A stretch of 63,254 nucleotides of DNA, the filler included, from Octopus bimaculoides (lineage: Eukaryota): assembly GCF_001194135.2 (NCBI RefSeq). It is 9 parts of 8 records of this genome, joined end to end, with 100 filler letters (N's around TTAATTAATTAA, not from the genome) between each part and the next. Parts side by side here need not be neighbours in the genome. Positions count along the whole stretch, not along the records: positions 9,766 to 15,356 come from NC_068985.1; positions 15,457 to 38,186 come from NC_068990.1; 7 more parts are not named here. One strand, 5' to 3'. The notes beneath the pieces were generated by a model, which was not told the origin of the DNA, ran no database searches, and saw only the letters and a list, made by a program, of their open reading frames with translations. The position numbers were made by a program, and so were the translations under genes. Each line of letters opens with the position of its first letter. Position 1 is the stretch's first letter. Positions 12,441 to 24,862 of this stretch are shown here, in pieces.

Positions 12441-12525
12441 GTCTTTCAGTTGTTTCAATCGATCAAGCAAGCGATTTGAGTAAGCGGAACTATGAACGCT
12501 ACCTAAACGGGTATCTGAAACAACC
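12441..12525 (+). CDS. Candidate orphan internal exon (G)LSVVSIDQASDLSKRNYERYLNGYLKQP
   Basis: tttgttatag| acceptor and CC|gtaagt donor. Only one of three frames is open. No partner exons were identified. Confidence 0.25.
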
Positions 12526-13478
12526 GTAAGTCTACGATGCACAAATATAAAAATGTCCAAAGTCCATTAATTATGGCTATTCTTGTATATCATTGTGTGA
12601 AAACATACGATATTAACTTTGTAAAGTAACCATGGATTTGCAAACTCAAATGTTGATGAATTTTAACTTCGGGTCTCTCATTAGGATTATCTGGAGTTAG
12701 ATATGAAGCTGAAAATCTTTTGTTAGCCTGGTGTATTTACATTAGCAGTGAGCTTAAAATTATTTTTCCCGGATTCATAATCTCTTATTAATAACTCTTT
12801 ATTCAGAAACACACGCACACACGCATACATAATACATGCATACATACATACATACATATACACACACGTGCATATATATATGTATATATATATATATACA
12901 TACAGACACACACACACACACACACACACACACANNNNNNNNNNNNNNNNNNNNNNNNNNNNNNNNNNNNNNNNNNNNNNNNNNNNNNNNNNNNNNNNNN
13001 NNNNNNNNNNNNNNNNNNNNNNNNNNNNNNNNNNNNNNNNNNNNNNNNNNNNNNNNNNNNNNNNNNNNNNNNNNNNNNNNNNNNNNNNNNNNNNNNNNNN
13101 NNNNNNNNNNNNNNNNNNNNNNNNNNNNNNNNNNNNNNNNNNNNNNNNNNNNNNNNNNNNNNNNNNNNNNNNNNNNNNNNNNNNNNNNNNNNNNNNNNNN
13201 NNNNNNNNNNNNNNNNNNNNNNNNNNNNNNNNNNNNNNNNNNNNNNNNNNNNNNNNNNNNNNNNNNNNNNNNNNNNNNNNNNNNNNNNNNNNNNNNNNNN
13301 NNNNNNNNNNNNNNNNNNNNNNNNNNNNNNNNNNNNNNNNNNATATATATATATGTATGAATATCTATAAATATAAATATATATATATATATACAGTCAT
13401 ACTTACAAAAGGAAAACACGAAAATTTAGTTGTAATGCTATATCTTTAGGTATTTATACAGAGACACATAGAATCAAA

Positions 13479-13860
13479 CATAACAATAACACTCCGTCGG
13501 TTACGACGACGAGTGTCCCAGCTGATTCGATCAACGGAACAGCCTGTCGTGAAATTAACGTGCAAGTGGCTGATGACTCCACAGAAACGTGTAGCTTTAA
13601 CGTAGTTCTCGGGAATTTCAGCGTGACACAGAGTGTGAAAATTCTGGCCCTTTGAAATGCAGGTACAACTGAAACAAGAAGAAAGAGTGAGAGAAACTCG
13701 CGGTGAAAGAGTACAGCAGCGTTCGCCACCACCCATTGCCGAATATTCGTGGAGCTTTAGGTATTTTCGCTTAATAAACACTTAGAACGCCCGGTCTGGG
13801 AATCGAAACCGCAATTCCACGACCGCGAGTCCGCTGCCCTAACCACTGGGCCATTGCGCC
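13479..13860 (-). mobile_element. tRNA-derived SINE (family C)
   Basis: The reverse-strand head ggcgcaatggcccagtggttagggc...ggtttcgattccc has A/B boxes. The body is shared with 19921-20222. Confidence 0.8.
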
Positions 13861-14639
13861 TCTACACACAGAGCAATACACACAAATATATATTTTATGT
13901 TTATATTTAGATATTTACTTTCATAATATCTCTTTCTCCCCACCTCTCTCTCATTATATATATATGTATGTATATGTGTGCGTGTGTGTGTATGTGTTTT
14001 AATACATTTTTAAGTAAGAGTACTTAAGTAAAAGTATATACATGTACATATGTATGTATGTATGTATGTGTGTGTGTATAAGACTTTTCTATTGCCGTGA
14101 CTATATTGTCAGTGTACATGAGTAGCAGGATACAAAAAAAAACAAAAAAAGACAAAACAAATTCCTCGTGAGAAAGAAAATATTTTTTCTTTGCTTACAC
14201 TTAAATACATTAAATTTCGTGAAGATGAAATTTTCCATTCTTGAAGATGTTCATTTTTCTCTGGTTTTGTAATATTATTGTAACTTTTCCATATTTCATA
14301 CTTCATGTTTTTCTTCTTGTTTTTTCTTAATTCTTTTTTTGTTATCTTTCAGTCTTTTCCTTTTTTTTGTTATACATTTTTCATTTAACTTTTCTTCAAA
14401 GTAGTTTTTCTCCTCTCCATATTATTATTCAATTCAATTTGGTTTCGAAATTTTATTTATGTATATCATTCTTATCACCGATGCATTTTGGACGAAAATC
14501 TCAAAGCTGTTTTCCCAACACTGCTGAAAAACCATTGTCACCGCACACGCGCCTTCTCAAATATTCTTTATAAATCAATGATTTATATTATCTACGTATA
14601 GACGTATTGTATTCAACCCCATCTCGAATTTACGCATTT

Positions 14640-15185
14640 GCAGAGTTTCTAATTGGAAAAGTGTCATCCACTAGTTTTAAACCTGAAATTTACGAGATCT
14701 ATAAAACATAAATATACATATACTCACATAGTTATATACATTATAAACAGATCTAGGATTGGGTGCGTATTTATAAAGATCCCCTGAAAAGACCTGATGT
14801 ATCTGTAGCGTGAAGCCACCTACTATTTCTGCAAGTAGTTTTATATTCTGGATCTGCCTACTATTTACCGAAATGTGCAGATTTATAATGTATCTGGAAG
14901 CACGTCTTCGTTTGTTGTATCTTATTCTACCAACTATCATTGGGCTGCAGCTAGCGCCCTCTGCGCTAGCATGTCCTACAGATCAACAATTGGACATTTC
15001 TATATTTAGTCAGAAAAAGGTGAAATAGTTTTTTATGATTTACTCAGAATTTACCGGTTGGAAGATATTGACACGATTGGTGGTGAACAAAACATTTTGT
15101 AGGTTAAAATCTGCAGGAGAAAATGTAAGCGTGAAATAAAATTCAAGTTTCCATGACTGCAAATATGGCGACGTTAAGTGAGTGG
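14640..15185. promoter_or_regulatory. Candidate (bidirectional) promoter region
   Basis: Several ATTGG/CCAAT boxes, locally raised CpG, a CTCF-like tagcgccctctg, and aaatATGGCG (YY1-like/start) followed by a gtgagt donor-like site at 15178. Confidence 0.3.
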
Positions 15186-16165
15186 ATGAATTTCGGAAAT
15201 ATGTTGTTGCGAAAAGAATTTCTTAGTTACAAGACCATGCACTTGTCTATTGCGTTATCACTAAACCTATGAAGTATTCTTTACAATATGTTTTCTCATA
15301 ATAAATACTAAAATGTTTATGTAACACCTACCTTATATATATATATATATATATATNNNNNNNNNNNNNNNNNNNNNNNNNNNNNNNNNNNNNNNNNNNN
15401 TTAATTAATTAANNNNNNNNNNNNNNNNNNNNNNNNNNNNNNNNNNNNNNNNNNNNATTTTATGATTTATTATCGCTTATAATTTGAATTGCATATATAT
15501 ATAATGGCTCTAGAATCCTTTAAGTGCTTAGGACCTATTTGGGTCTTATCCCGGCCCTGAATTAGTCCACACAAGATGGAGCCATGGGGACACCTTAAGT
15601 TGTTTTTGATGGGTGGGGAAGAGCTGTCTTTTTTTTGTTTGTTTTGTTTTGTTTGTTTCTTTTTTTGTCATCTACTTAACATGCTTTTCTATTCTGTTAT
15701 TCTGTGTTTACGTTGCTTATTTCAAGATGCACGGATTTTATTTATATAATCTATGGAGGATATAGAGAAATCTGAATATTTAATAAGTTTATATTTGCTT
15801 GAGATTTTCGTCGTGAAAGAGAGAGACTGTCAGACAGGCAGACTCTTGTTGACTGAATTTCTTATTTATTTCACTGTAGATATTATGATAATTTATCGGA
15901 TTCGGATCTTGTGAATGGCAAAAGTATTTCAGACATTTCTTTTTTTTTTTTTTTTTATCCAATCAATTTCTCAACATTAACTCGTAGTTTATGACTTCTG
16001 TTAAGTTTCACAGTTTTATTTTCCCTTCTAAGGAAAATACTTGATTCTAAAATGTCTGACTTCATAAATGAAAATACTATAACAGCAACTAGCAACAATG
16101 ACAATCGCTGAGGAAAAATAAATTCTTTTGATGAAGACATAATTTGTGATAATAAAAACCACCAG

Positions 16166-16237
16166 TCCCATGTGGTCTAGTGGTTAGGATTCCTGGCTTT
16201 CACCCAGGCGGCCCGGGTTCGATTCCCGGCATGGGAA
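16166..16237 (+). tRNA. trnE-TTC: tRNA-Glu (anticodon TTC)
   Basis: 72-nt cloverleaf with a tcccatg/catggga acceptor stem, a cctgg-ctTTCac-ccagg anticodon arm and a ccggg-ttcgatt-cccgg T arm. T-rich sequence follows. Confidence 0.96.
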
Positions 16238-16518
16238 CGCTCATTTCTTTTCTTTTTCTTCACTTGAATAACATTTATTTGAATCGATTCGTGAATTTAA
16301 TTTATTTTCCTAAGTTCAAACCACAATAAAAGTAAAACTCTTAAATAATTAAAATCTACCACTTGGACAAGAAAGTGAAATCCTAGCGGTGATTGTGACA
16401 CAAAGAGAGAGAGAGAATTTGAAGAAATTACGAATTAATTAGAAAAATTTATTTCTACCGTGTCTTTTTATCACATATTCGAGAGAATGTTTGATAAAGA
16501 CACAACTGGATGCAACAT

Positions 16519-16655
16519 TTAGTGTTCCCATGTGGTTATGACTCGTTGGATGTCTCTCAGGCATCCCGGGTTCGGCTGATGCAGCACTTAGTGTTACCAT
16601 GAGGTTATGATTCGTTAGATGTCTGTCAGGCATCTCGGGTTCGATTCGCGGCACT
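16519..16655 (+). pseudogene. Two tandem degenerate tRNA-like (probably tRNA-Glu(CTC)-derived) copies
   Basis: gtggttatga(c/t)tcg..ctctca/ctgtca..cgggttcgattcgcgg aligns with tRNA-Glu(CTC). A/B boxes are recognisable but the acceptor stem is broken. Confidence 0.5.
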
Positions 16656-16767
16656 TTCCGCTGTAAAGTGACTTTTTAATACAAGATATTGCCTTTAAGT
16701 TTCACATCCACTCCATCAGCGCCACTAGTCTACTCGTTCTCCTTTGACTAACCTTAACCAAAATATA

Positions 16768-16821
<54 letters not shown>

Positions 16822-17583
16822 TTTCTCTCTTTGTTTGTCATATCTTTTATTCCTTATATAACAAGTATGTATTAGGAAATAATTAACAAGATGTTAATGT
16901 TCCCGATTCTCAAATTCTAGAATCTCCCTCCCACAAAATTTCAGGCCTTGTTCCTATAGTAGAAAAGATTATCATTTTAGAAGCGGCGAGCGGTCAGAAT
17001 CGTCATCATGCCGGACAAATGCTTTGCAGTATTTCGTCTGTCTATACGTTCTGGTTTCAAATTCTGCCGAGGTCGACTTTGCAGCCCACCTTTCGGAATC
17101 AATAAAGTCTCAGGTTTTGTGTTTATAGTAAAAAAGATTATTAATATTTTAAATAGCGGAAAGACGGCAAAATCGTCGCTACGCCGAACAAAATGCTTGC
17201 AGCATTTCGTCCGTCTAAACTTTCTGAGTTCGAATTCCATCGAGATCGACATTTTCTTTCAACGATTCGGGGTCGATTTGTTAGTTTTGATTCATTTTGA
17301 AAATAAAAATATATTTCATGATTTATTATCGTTTATATTTCGAATTACATATATATAATGGCTCCAGAATCCTTTAAGTGCTTAGGGCCTATTTGGGTCT
17401 TATCCCGGCCCTAAATTAGGATTTCAGGATCACACAAGGTGGAGCAATGAGGACACATTAAGTAGTTATTGTGGAGGGAGCTGTTTGGGTTTTTGATTTT
17501 TCATCATCTACTTAATTTGCTTTTCTATTCTGGGTTTGTGTTGCTTATTTCCAGTTGCACGGATTTTATTTATTATCTTTGGA

Positions 17584-17968
17584 AGGCGTAGAAGTGGCTG
17601 TGTGGTAAGTAGCTCGCTTACCAAACACATGGTTCTGGGTTCAGCCCCACGGTGTGGCACCTTGGTCAAGTGTCTCTGCTATAGCCACGGGCCGACCAAA
17701 GCCTTGTGAGTGGATTTGGTAGACGGAAACTGAAAGAAGCCCATCATATATATGTTTGTGTGTCTGAGTTTGTCCTCCCTCATCGCTTGATGCTGGTGTG
17801 TCTACGTCCCCGTAACTTAGCGGTTCGGCAAAAGAGCCCGATAGACTAAGTACTAGGCTTACAAAAAATAAATTCTGGAATCGAATTGTTCGACTAAAGG
17901 CGGTGCTCCAACATGGCCGCTGTCAAATGACTGAAACAAATAAAAATGAGTAAAAAAGAGTAAAAGAT
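17584..17968 (+). mobile_element. Near full-length SINE family A copy
   Basis: Runs from the ggcgtagaagtggctgtgtggtaag head to the gagtaaaag tail. Absent from the paralogous position in unit 1. Confidence 0.9.
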
Positions 17969-18697
17969 ATAGAGAAATCTGAATATTTAATAAGATTACA
18001 TTTGCTTGAGATATTCATCGTGAGAGAGAGGGAGAAGAAGAGAGGATGGAGAGAGGGAGAGAGGGGATAGGGAAGAGCAAGAGAGAGAGACAGAGAGACG
18101 GACTGACAGACAGACAGACAAACAGACAGAGGTTTGCTGACTGAAATTATTATTTATTTTACTGTAAATATAATTTGTCGGATTCGAAACTGTTGAATGG
18201 CGAAAGAATTTTAAACATTTTTCTGTTTTGTTTCATTGTGCGTTTTACTTACTTTTCCAATCTGCGTTTGCGTTGTTTATTTCCAGATACATGGATTTTA
18301 TTTATAGTCCTCAGAGAAATCTGAATGGTTAATTAGTCTACCTTTGTTTGAGATTTTCATCGAGAGAGAAGATAGAAAGAGACGGAGAAAGAGAGAGTTT
18401 TGCTTAATGAATTTGTCTTTTCATTTTAAAGTAAATACAATATCGGATTCAAAATTGGTGAAGGAATTAGGAATTTCAGACAATTTGGTAGATCCAATGC
18501 TCGTTAATTCCTCGTAGTTAATGACTTTAATTAAGTTACATAGTTTGCATTTGTCTCTCTGGGCAAGATACTTCAATCGAAATGCCTCATTTGATGATTG
18601 AATATGAAGTAACAACAGTCAGCAACAATATCAACGATCATTGAAAGATATATATATTGTTGATAAATGTATAACTATCATAGCTGAAAAACAGTAA

Positions 18698-18769
18698 TCC
18701 CATGTGGTCTAGTGGTAAGGATTCCTGGCTTTCACCCAGGCGGCCCGGGTTCGATTCCCGGCATGGGAA
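18698..18769 (+). tRNA. trnE-TTC: tRNA-Glu (anticodon TTC)
   Basis: 72 nt, identical to the 16166 copy except for one D-loop base (ggtaagg vs ggttagg). A T-run follows downstream. Confidence 0.96.
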
Positions 18770-19920
18770 TACTTATTATTTTTTGTTTTTTTTTCTTACT
18801 TCAGAAATTTGTTGGATTTAACTTAAAGATCATGCTACAAAAAAAGTAAGATTCTTAAATAATTAAAACGTTCATCTTGGACAAGGAAAACAAAACCCTA
18901 GTGGTGATCGTGACTCTGACAGAAAAGGAGATAATTTTCAGATATTACGAATTAATTTTTAAACAGATTATTTTGTATCACTTAGTCACTTATATCTTTG
19001 ATAAAGCCATGATTATTGCATGCAACACTCAATGTTCACGTGTGGTTTTTGTGGTTATCATTACTAGCTGGAAACTTGGGTTCGATTCGCGGTTACTTCT
19101 ACAGTAAAGTGACCTTTTAATGTAACATTCTTCATTTAAGTTTGACATCAACTGCATCAACGCCACCAGTCTACTCGTTCTCCTTCGATTAACCTCAATC
19201 AAACCTGTGTTCTCTTTCTCAGTTTGTCCTACCTTTTATTTCTTACATAATAAATATGTATTAGAAAACAATTAACAAGATGTTAATCTTCTCGATTCTT
19301 AAATATTAGGATCTATATAATTGACCAACCCCTCCCCCTAAAATTGCCGGCCTTTAACCAAAATTAGAGATCGTGGCACCTAATGCGCAGACACGCCCTC
19401 AGATTACGCCAACCTGCAACGATTTCTGGGTGGCGAACATGTGTGGGCTCTGTTTGCGGGACTCTTCTTTCTATAGCTCCTTGACGGAGCTGCAGTCCTG
19501 GGTGAAAAAAAAGACCGAGACTGGGCACCTAGCACCTAGAACGTCGTAATGGATCGGCAGATGTTTCGCTTTAGAAATTTATAGAGGTTTAGTGACGGGG
19601 NNNNNNNNNNNNNNNNNNNNNNNNNNNNNNNNNNNNNNNNNNNNNNNNNNNNNNNNNNNNNNNNNNNNNNNNNNNNNNNNNNNNNNNNNNNNNNNNNNNN
19701 ACCATCGCTTGACAATCGATGTTGGTGTGTTTACATCCCCGTAACTTAGCAGTTCGGTAAAAGAGCTTGATAGAATAAGTACTAGGTTTACAAAGAATAA
19801 GTCTTGGGGTTGATTCCTTCAAGTAAAGGTGGTGCTCCAGCATGGCCATAGTCAAATGACTGAAACAAGTAAAAGAATAAAAATGTATATATATACATAT
19901 ATACATACGTAGGGTATGGG

Positions 19921-20222
19921 GTAGGGTATTTGGCTCTCAATTGTAAGGTCATGAGTTCAATTCCTGGCGACGTGTTGTGTCCTTGAGCAAGTCACTTTAT
20001 TTCACATTCCTCCAGTCCACTCAACTAGCAAGAATGAGTAATACCTGTAATTCAAAAGAGCCAACCTTGTCACACTCTGTGTCATGCTGAACCTCCTTGT
20101 GAACTACGTTAAGGATACGTGTTTGTGGAGTGCTCAGCCACTTGCACATTAATTTCACAAACAGGCTGTTCCATTGACCAAATCAACTGGAACGCTTGTC
20201 ATTATAACCGACAGGGTACCAG
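19921..20222 (+). mobile_element. tRNA-derived SINE (family C-related, different 5' region)
   Basis: B box gagttcaattcc and tgtgtccttgagcaagtcact core. The 3' body matches the reverse complement of 13479-13650. Confidence 0.7.
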
Positions 20223-20289
20223 TAATCTATTGGACCATTTATGCTACAGTGTTTATAACATGTAGTGCTCTAAAGAAAAAAACATTCGG

Positions 20290-20590
20290 GCTAGGTCGTT
20301 GCCAGTGCCGCTGGACTGACTCCTGTGCAGGCGGCACGTAAAAGGCACCATTTTGAGCGTGGCCGTTGCCAGTACTGCCTGACATGGCCCTCGTGCCGGT
20401 GGCACATAAAAGCACCCACTACACTCTCGGAGTGGTTGGCGTTAGGAAGGGCATCCAACTGTAGAAACTCTGCCAGATCAGATTGGAGTCTGGTGCAGCC
20501 ATCTGGTTTCACCAGTCCTCAGTCAAATCGTCCAACCCACACTAGCATGGAAAACAGATGTTAAACGATGATGATGATGATGATGATGAT
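20290..20590 (+). mobile_element. SINE/RTE-tail repeat family B
   Basis: Matches the reverse complement of 23775-24070 and ends in (GAT)n. Confidence 0.8.
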
Positions 20591-21204
20591 TATATATATA
20601 TATNNNNNNNNNNNNNNNNNNNNNNNNNNNNNNNNNNNNNNNNNNNNNNNNNNNNNNNNNNNNNNNNNNNNNNNNNNNNNNNNNNNNNNNNNNNNNNNNN
20701 NNNNNNNNNNNNNNNNNNNNNNNNNNNNNNNNNNNNNNNNNNNNNNNNNNNNNNNNNNNNNNNNNNNNNNNNNNNNNNNNNNNNNNNNNNNNNNNNNNNN
20801 NNNNNNNNNNNNNNNNNNNNNNNNNNNNNNNNNNNNNNNNNNNNNNNNNNNNNNNNTATATATATATTTATATGAATATATATAATTGTGTGTCTTTGTA
20901 TCTGTTTGTCCACCATCACCACTTGATGACTGGTGTTGGTTTGTTTATGTCTCCATCTCTTGGTAGTGGTTCGGGAAATGGAAAGTGATAGACTAAGTGC
21001 CAGACTTAAAAGAACGAAGTAACTACTGGGGTTGATTCATTCGATTAAGAAATTCTTCAAGGTAGTGCTCCAGTATGGCCACAACCTAAATGACTGAAAC
21101 AAGTAAAAGACATAATTAACTAAAGAGCCTAGATGATTTCATCTTCATTAATGGATGCCTTGTAACTTGAAGATTTTCTGCTGTTTTGTCAACTACTTTG
21201 TCAC

Positions 21205-21590
21205 GCATGGCTGTGTGGTAAGAAGCCTGCTTCCCAACCACATGGTTCCGGGTTCAGTCCTACTGCATGTCACCTTGGGCCGACCAAAGCCTTGGGAGTG
21301 GATTTGGTAGGCAGAAACTGAAAGAGGCCTGTCGTATGTATGTGTGTATGTGTATGTATCTAAGTGTGTGTGTCTTTGTGTCTATCTGTTTCCCTATCAC
21401 TGATTGACAACTGGTGTTGGTGTGTTTACGTCCCTGTAACTTAGTGGTTCAGCAAAAAGACACCGATGGAATAAGTACTAGGCACAAGAAATAAGTCCTG
21501 GGTTCGATTTGTTCGATTAAAACCCTTCAAGGCAGTGCTCCAGCATGGCCATTATCAAAAGACTGAAACAAGTAAAAGAGTAAAAAAAAG
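21205..21590 (+). mobile_element. SINE family A copy
   Basis: Head gcatggctgtgtggtaagaag and tail gactgaaacaagtaaaagagtaaaa. Confidence 0.85.
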
Positions 21591-23349
21591 GACTCCATCC
21601 ATGTTGTTGGGGTGGACAAACACAGAGACACAAACACACACATGCATACATATACAATCATTCCATTAAATGTGTTTACGTGGAGAAAAATATTGAGAAA
21701 CATCGATATATATCAAAGTGACAAAGAAACGAGGAAGGTATCAGGTGGCCATGGAATGTGTTAAAAATAATAGCTAAATCGCTCTTAAACCACGCTTGCG
21801 CACGCACGCACACACACACACACAATGATTTTTCATAATCGTATAAATACAAGTGTATAAAGCACAAATTCGTAAAAATTTTCTGCAAAAAAAAAAAAAA
21901 AAAAGAAAAGTAATGAGGAATTATTGAGAGTGCTTAAACCAGGATTCCGCCAGACACTCTTTTACCCCAAAACATATCTAAAACAATCACTGAGGTACTT
22001 TCGTAGATTATTTTAAATATTGGTTTCAAATTTTGGCACAAAGTCAGCATTTTCGGGTAAGGGGAAAGTCGACTACATCGACTCCTGGGCTCATCTGGTC
22101 CTTATTTTATTGATTACGATAGGATGAAAGGCAAAGTCATCCTCGGCGTAATTTGAACTCAGAACGAAAAGACAGACGAAATATCCGGTGCATTAACGAT
22201 TCTGCCAGCCTTAAATTATTTTAATGCACTAAAAACTGCTTTTTTCTCTTGAATATGAGCTGCAGAAATTGGTCACCGTCCAATATGCCCGCGTGGAGGC
22301 ACGTGGCTTAGTGGATGGGTTGTTGCTCTCACGATCATAAGATTGTGGTTTCAATTCCTGCACAGAGTGATACGTTGTGTTCTTTAGCTAAACGCTTCAT
22401 TTCACGCTACTGCTGTCCATTCAACCGGCAAAAATGAATAATTCTGCGACGGACCGACGTTCCATGCCACAGAATCTGGCTTTGATCCTAATATACCCGG
22501 GCATCTCTTACGCTATCAGATACGGTACTGATTTCAGTTGATCCAACAGAGATTATACGTCAACCCTGATAATATTTACTTTGCGATTATTTAAACATCA
22601 GTTTCATGAAGTTACAGCAAAGGCCACCACACTGTATTAAGAACGCGCCAATGCTTTTACAAGAAATTTTATAAAATATCATTTATTAAAAATAAATGTC
22701 AAATAAAATGTCGTTTACGATGTAAACTTTGGATTTCTTTTGGGGTGTTACTTCTTAAGATATGTAAAATGAGATCATATTACTGTTTAAGTCAAAGGGA
22801 AACAACTCAACTAATATTATTGAGAAAGTAAACTATGAATTATTTCCCTTATTCCATCGATTAACTTTGCTTGACGGAGTTTATTTCCCTTTAAAAGTAC
22901 GAGTTTCTCTAAAGACATTGGCAGCAGAAGAGAGGGTATTTAGTTGATTAAATCGATCAGGAGTTGACCGGTACTTTATTTTATACAACTTCCGCTGGCA
23001 TCATCATCGTTGTCATGGATGTCGTCATCATCATCCTTATCATCATCATTGTCATCATTATCATCAGTATCACCCCTATAATAATCACCACCAGCCTCCC
23101 TCCACCATTCTTGTCATAGTCGTTGGCGTCATCATCATCATCATTGCAGATATCATCACTGCTGCCACGACCACCACAACCACCACCGCCACCGCCGCCG
23201 CCGCCACCACCACCACCACCAACAACTAGAGGAGATGTCCTCTTGGGATTAAAAGATTGCAGTAAAGTTTGTTTGAATGGACAGTCGTTCTGAAGGGGCT
23301 ACGAACATTGCTTGTTATAGATATACAAGTGTGTATATAGATATAAATA

Positions 23350-23405
<56 letters not shown>

Positions 23406-23422
23406 TATTTATATATACATAT

Positions 23423-23454
<32 letters not shown>

Positions 23455-23774
23455 ATGCATGTATATATATACATATATTAAGCATATGATATTACTGATA
23501 TCATAAGCTTAATGTATGTGCATTGTTAAACACTTGCAAAGCTGTAGCAAATTGCTTCAGATGTGGAGGACTAAGAGACACTGATGAAAAAAAAATAACC
23601 TCTAAATATCACTATCTGTTGCTCTCATTTACATCCAGAGTGATTTCGTTTCACACAACTTTGAAGTATGCTGTGTTTTTCTTTTTTTAGTACCATGTCT
23701 TTAACGGCATTTCCGTTAGATGAAATAGTACAGCTTTGTAGCATTTAGCAACACACATACATTAGGTATGTCAT

Positions 23775-24070
23775 CATTATCATCATCATCGTTTAACTTC
23801 CGCTTTCCATGCTAGCATGGGTTGGACGATTTGACTGAGGACTGGTGAAACCAGATGGCTACACCAGCCTCCAATCTGATTTGGCAGAGTTTCTACAGCT
23901 GGGTGCCCTTGCTAACGTCAACCACTCAGAGAGTGTAGTGGGTGCTTTTATGTGCCACCGACACGAAGGCCAGTCAGGCGGTACTGGCAACGGTCACGCT
24001 CAAAATGGTGTATTTTATGTGCCACCCGCACAAGAGCCAGTCCAGGGGCACTGGCAACGATCTCGCTTGA
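23775..24070 (-). mobile_element. SINE/RTE-tail repeat family B
   Basis: atcatcatcgtttaacttccgctttccatgctagcatggg... is the reverse complement of 20290-20590. Confidence 0.8.
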
Positions 24071-24381
24071 AAATCCTACGAAGGCGGTACGTGATACTGA
24101 AAAAAAAATATGCATGTATGTATGCTTATATACATGTATGTATATGNNNNNNNNNNNNNNNNNNNNNNNNNNNNNNNNNNNNNNNNNNNNNNNNNNNNNN
24201 NNNNNNNNNNNNNNNNNNNNNNNNNNNNATATATCTGTAAAAATATGTGACACTTATTCGGTAGCCATGATAAAACTCCGAGTTTCGGATGCCGGGGTGG
24301 GAACCCACGCCAACATCTCTTCAGTTATCCAGCCATTGAAAACTCCTGTGAAAAATTATCAATATAATATATATATATATC

Positions 24382-24648
24382 AAAATAAGCAACAAGGATA
24401 TCCAGAGGTAATGCAGTACGATCGTTTCATGCAACTCCATTTAATTGAACAATGCAATCATTGCAACAATTTAAAATGCAGAGTAATCCTCAGCTGCACA
24501 AAGACATAGAATTTAATTAAATTAGAACAGATGGACACATTAGTATAATTATATTTTAAATTGATGTAATGATTGAATTGTTCAATTAAACGGAGTTGCA
24601 TGAAACGATTGTACTGCATTACCTCTGCATATCCTTGTTGCTTATTTT
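24382..24648. repeat. Fold-back element with ~95-bp imperfect inverted arms
   Basis: aaaataagcaacaaggatatccagaggtaatgcagtac... pairs with ...gtactgcattacctctgcatatccttgttgcttatttt. Confidence 0.85.
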
Positions 24649-24862
24649 TATTTTAATCACCTTACTTTGAAATTGTATGGATGATACCGTACTAAATTCT
24701 GGTGCTTCAAATTAGGTACCATATTCACCTGAATCTATCTATCTATATATATAAAATATACAAGAATAAGGGTAGGGAATCGTCAATTAATAATAGAATT
24801 AGTAATTAACAATTTTGCCAAGTAGTTCAGTATGAAAAAAACCTTTATCGGTAAAACTATTT

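Larger units (their letters stand above)
15459..16920 (+). repeat. Segmental duplication unit 1 (tRNA-Glu cassette)
   Basis: Colinear similarity to 17313-19312 from atgatttattatcg..taagtgcttagg..gggtcttatcccggccct through attaacaagatgttaat. Confidence 0.85.
17313..19312 (+). repeat. Segmental duplication unit 2 (tRNA-Glu cassette plus inserted SINE)
   Basis: Colinear with 15459-16920, with an extra SINE at 17584-17968. Confidence 0.85.

Noticed and set aside
19497-19512. cctgggtgaaa matching the tRNA-Glu anticodon arm in antisense
   Set aside because: Only 11 nt, with no other tRNA features; probably chance.
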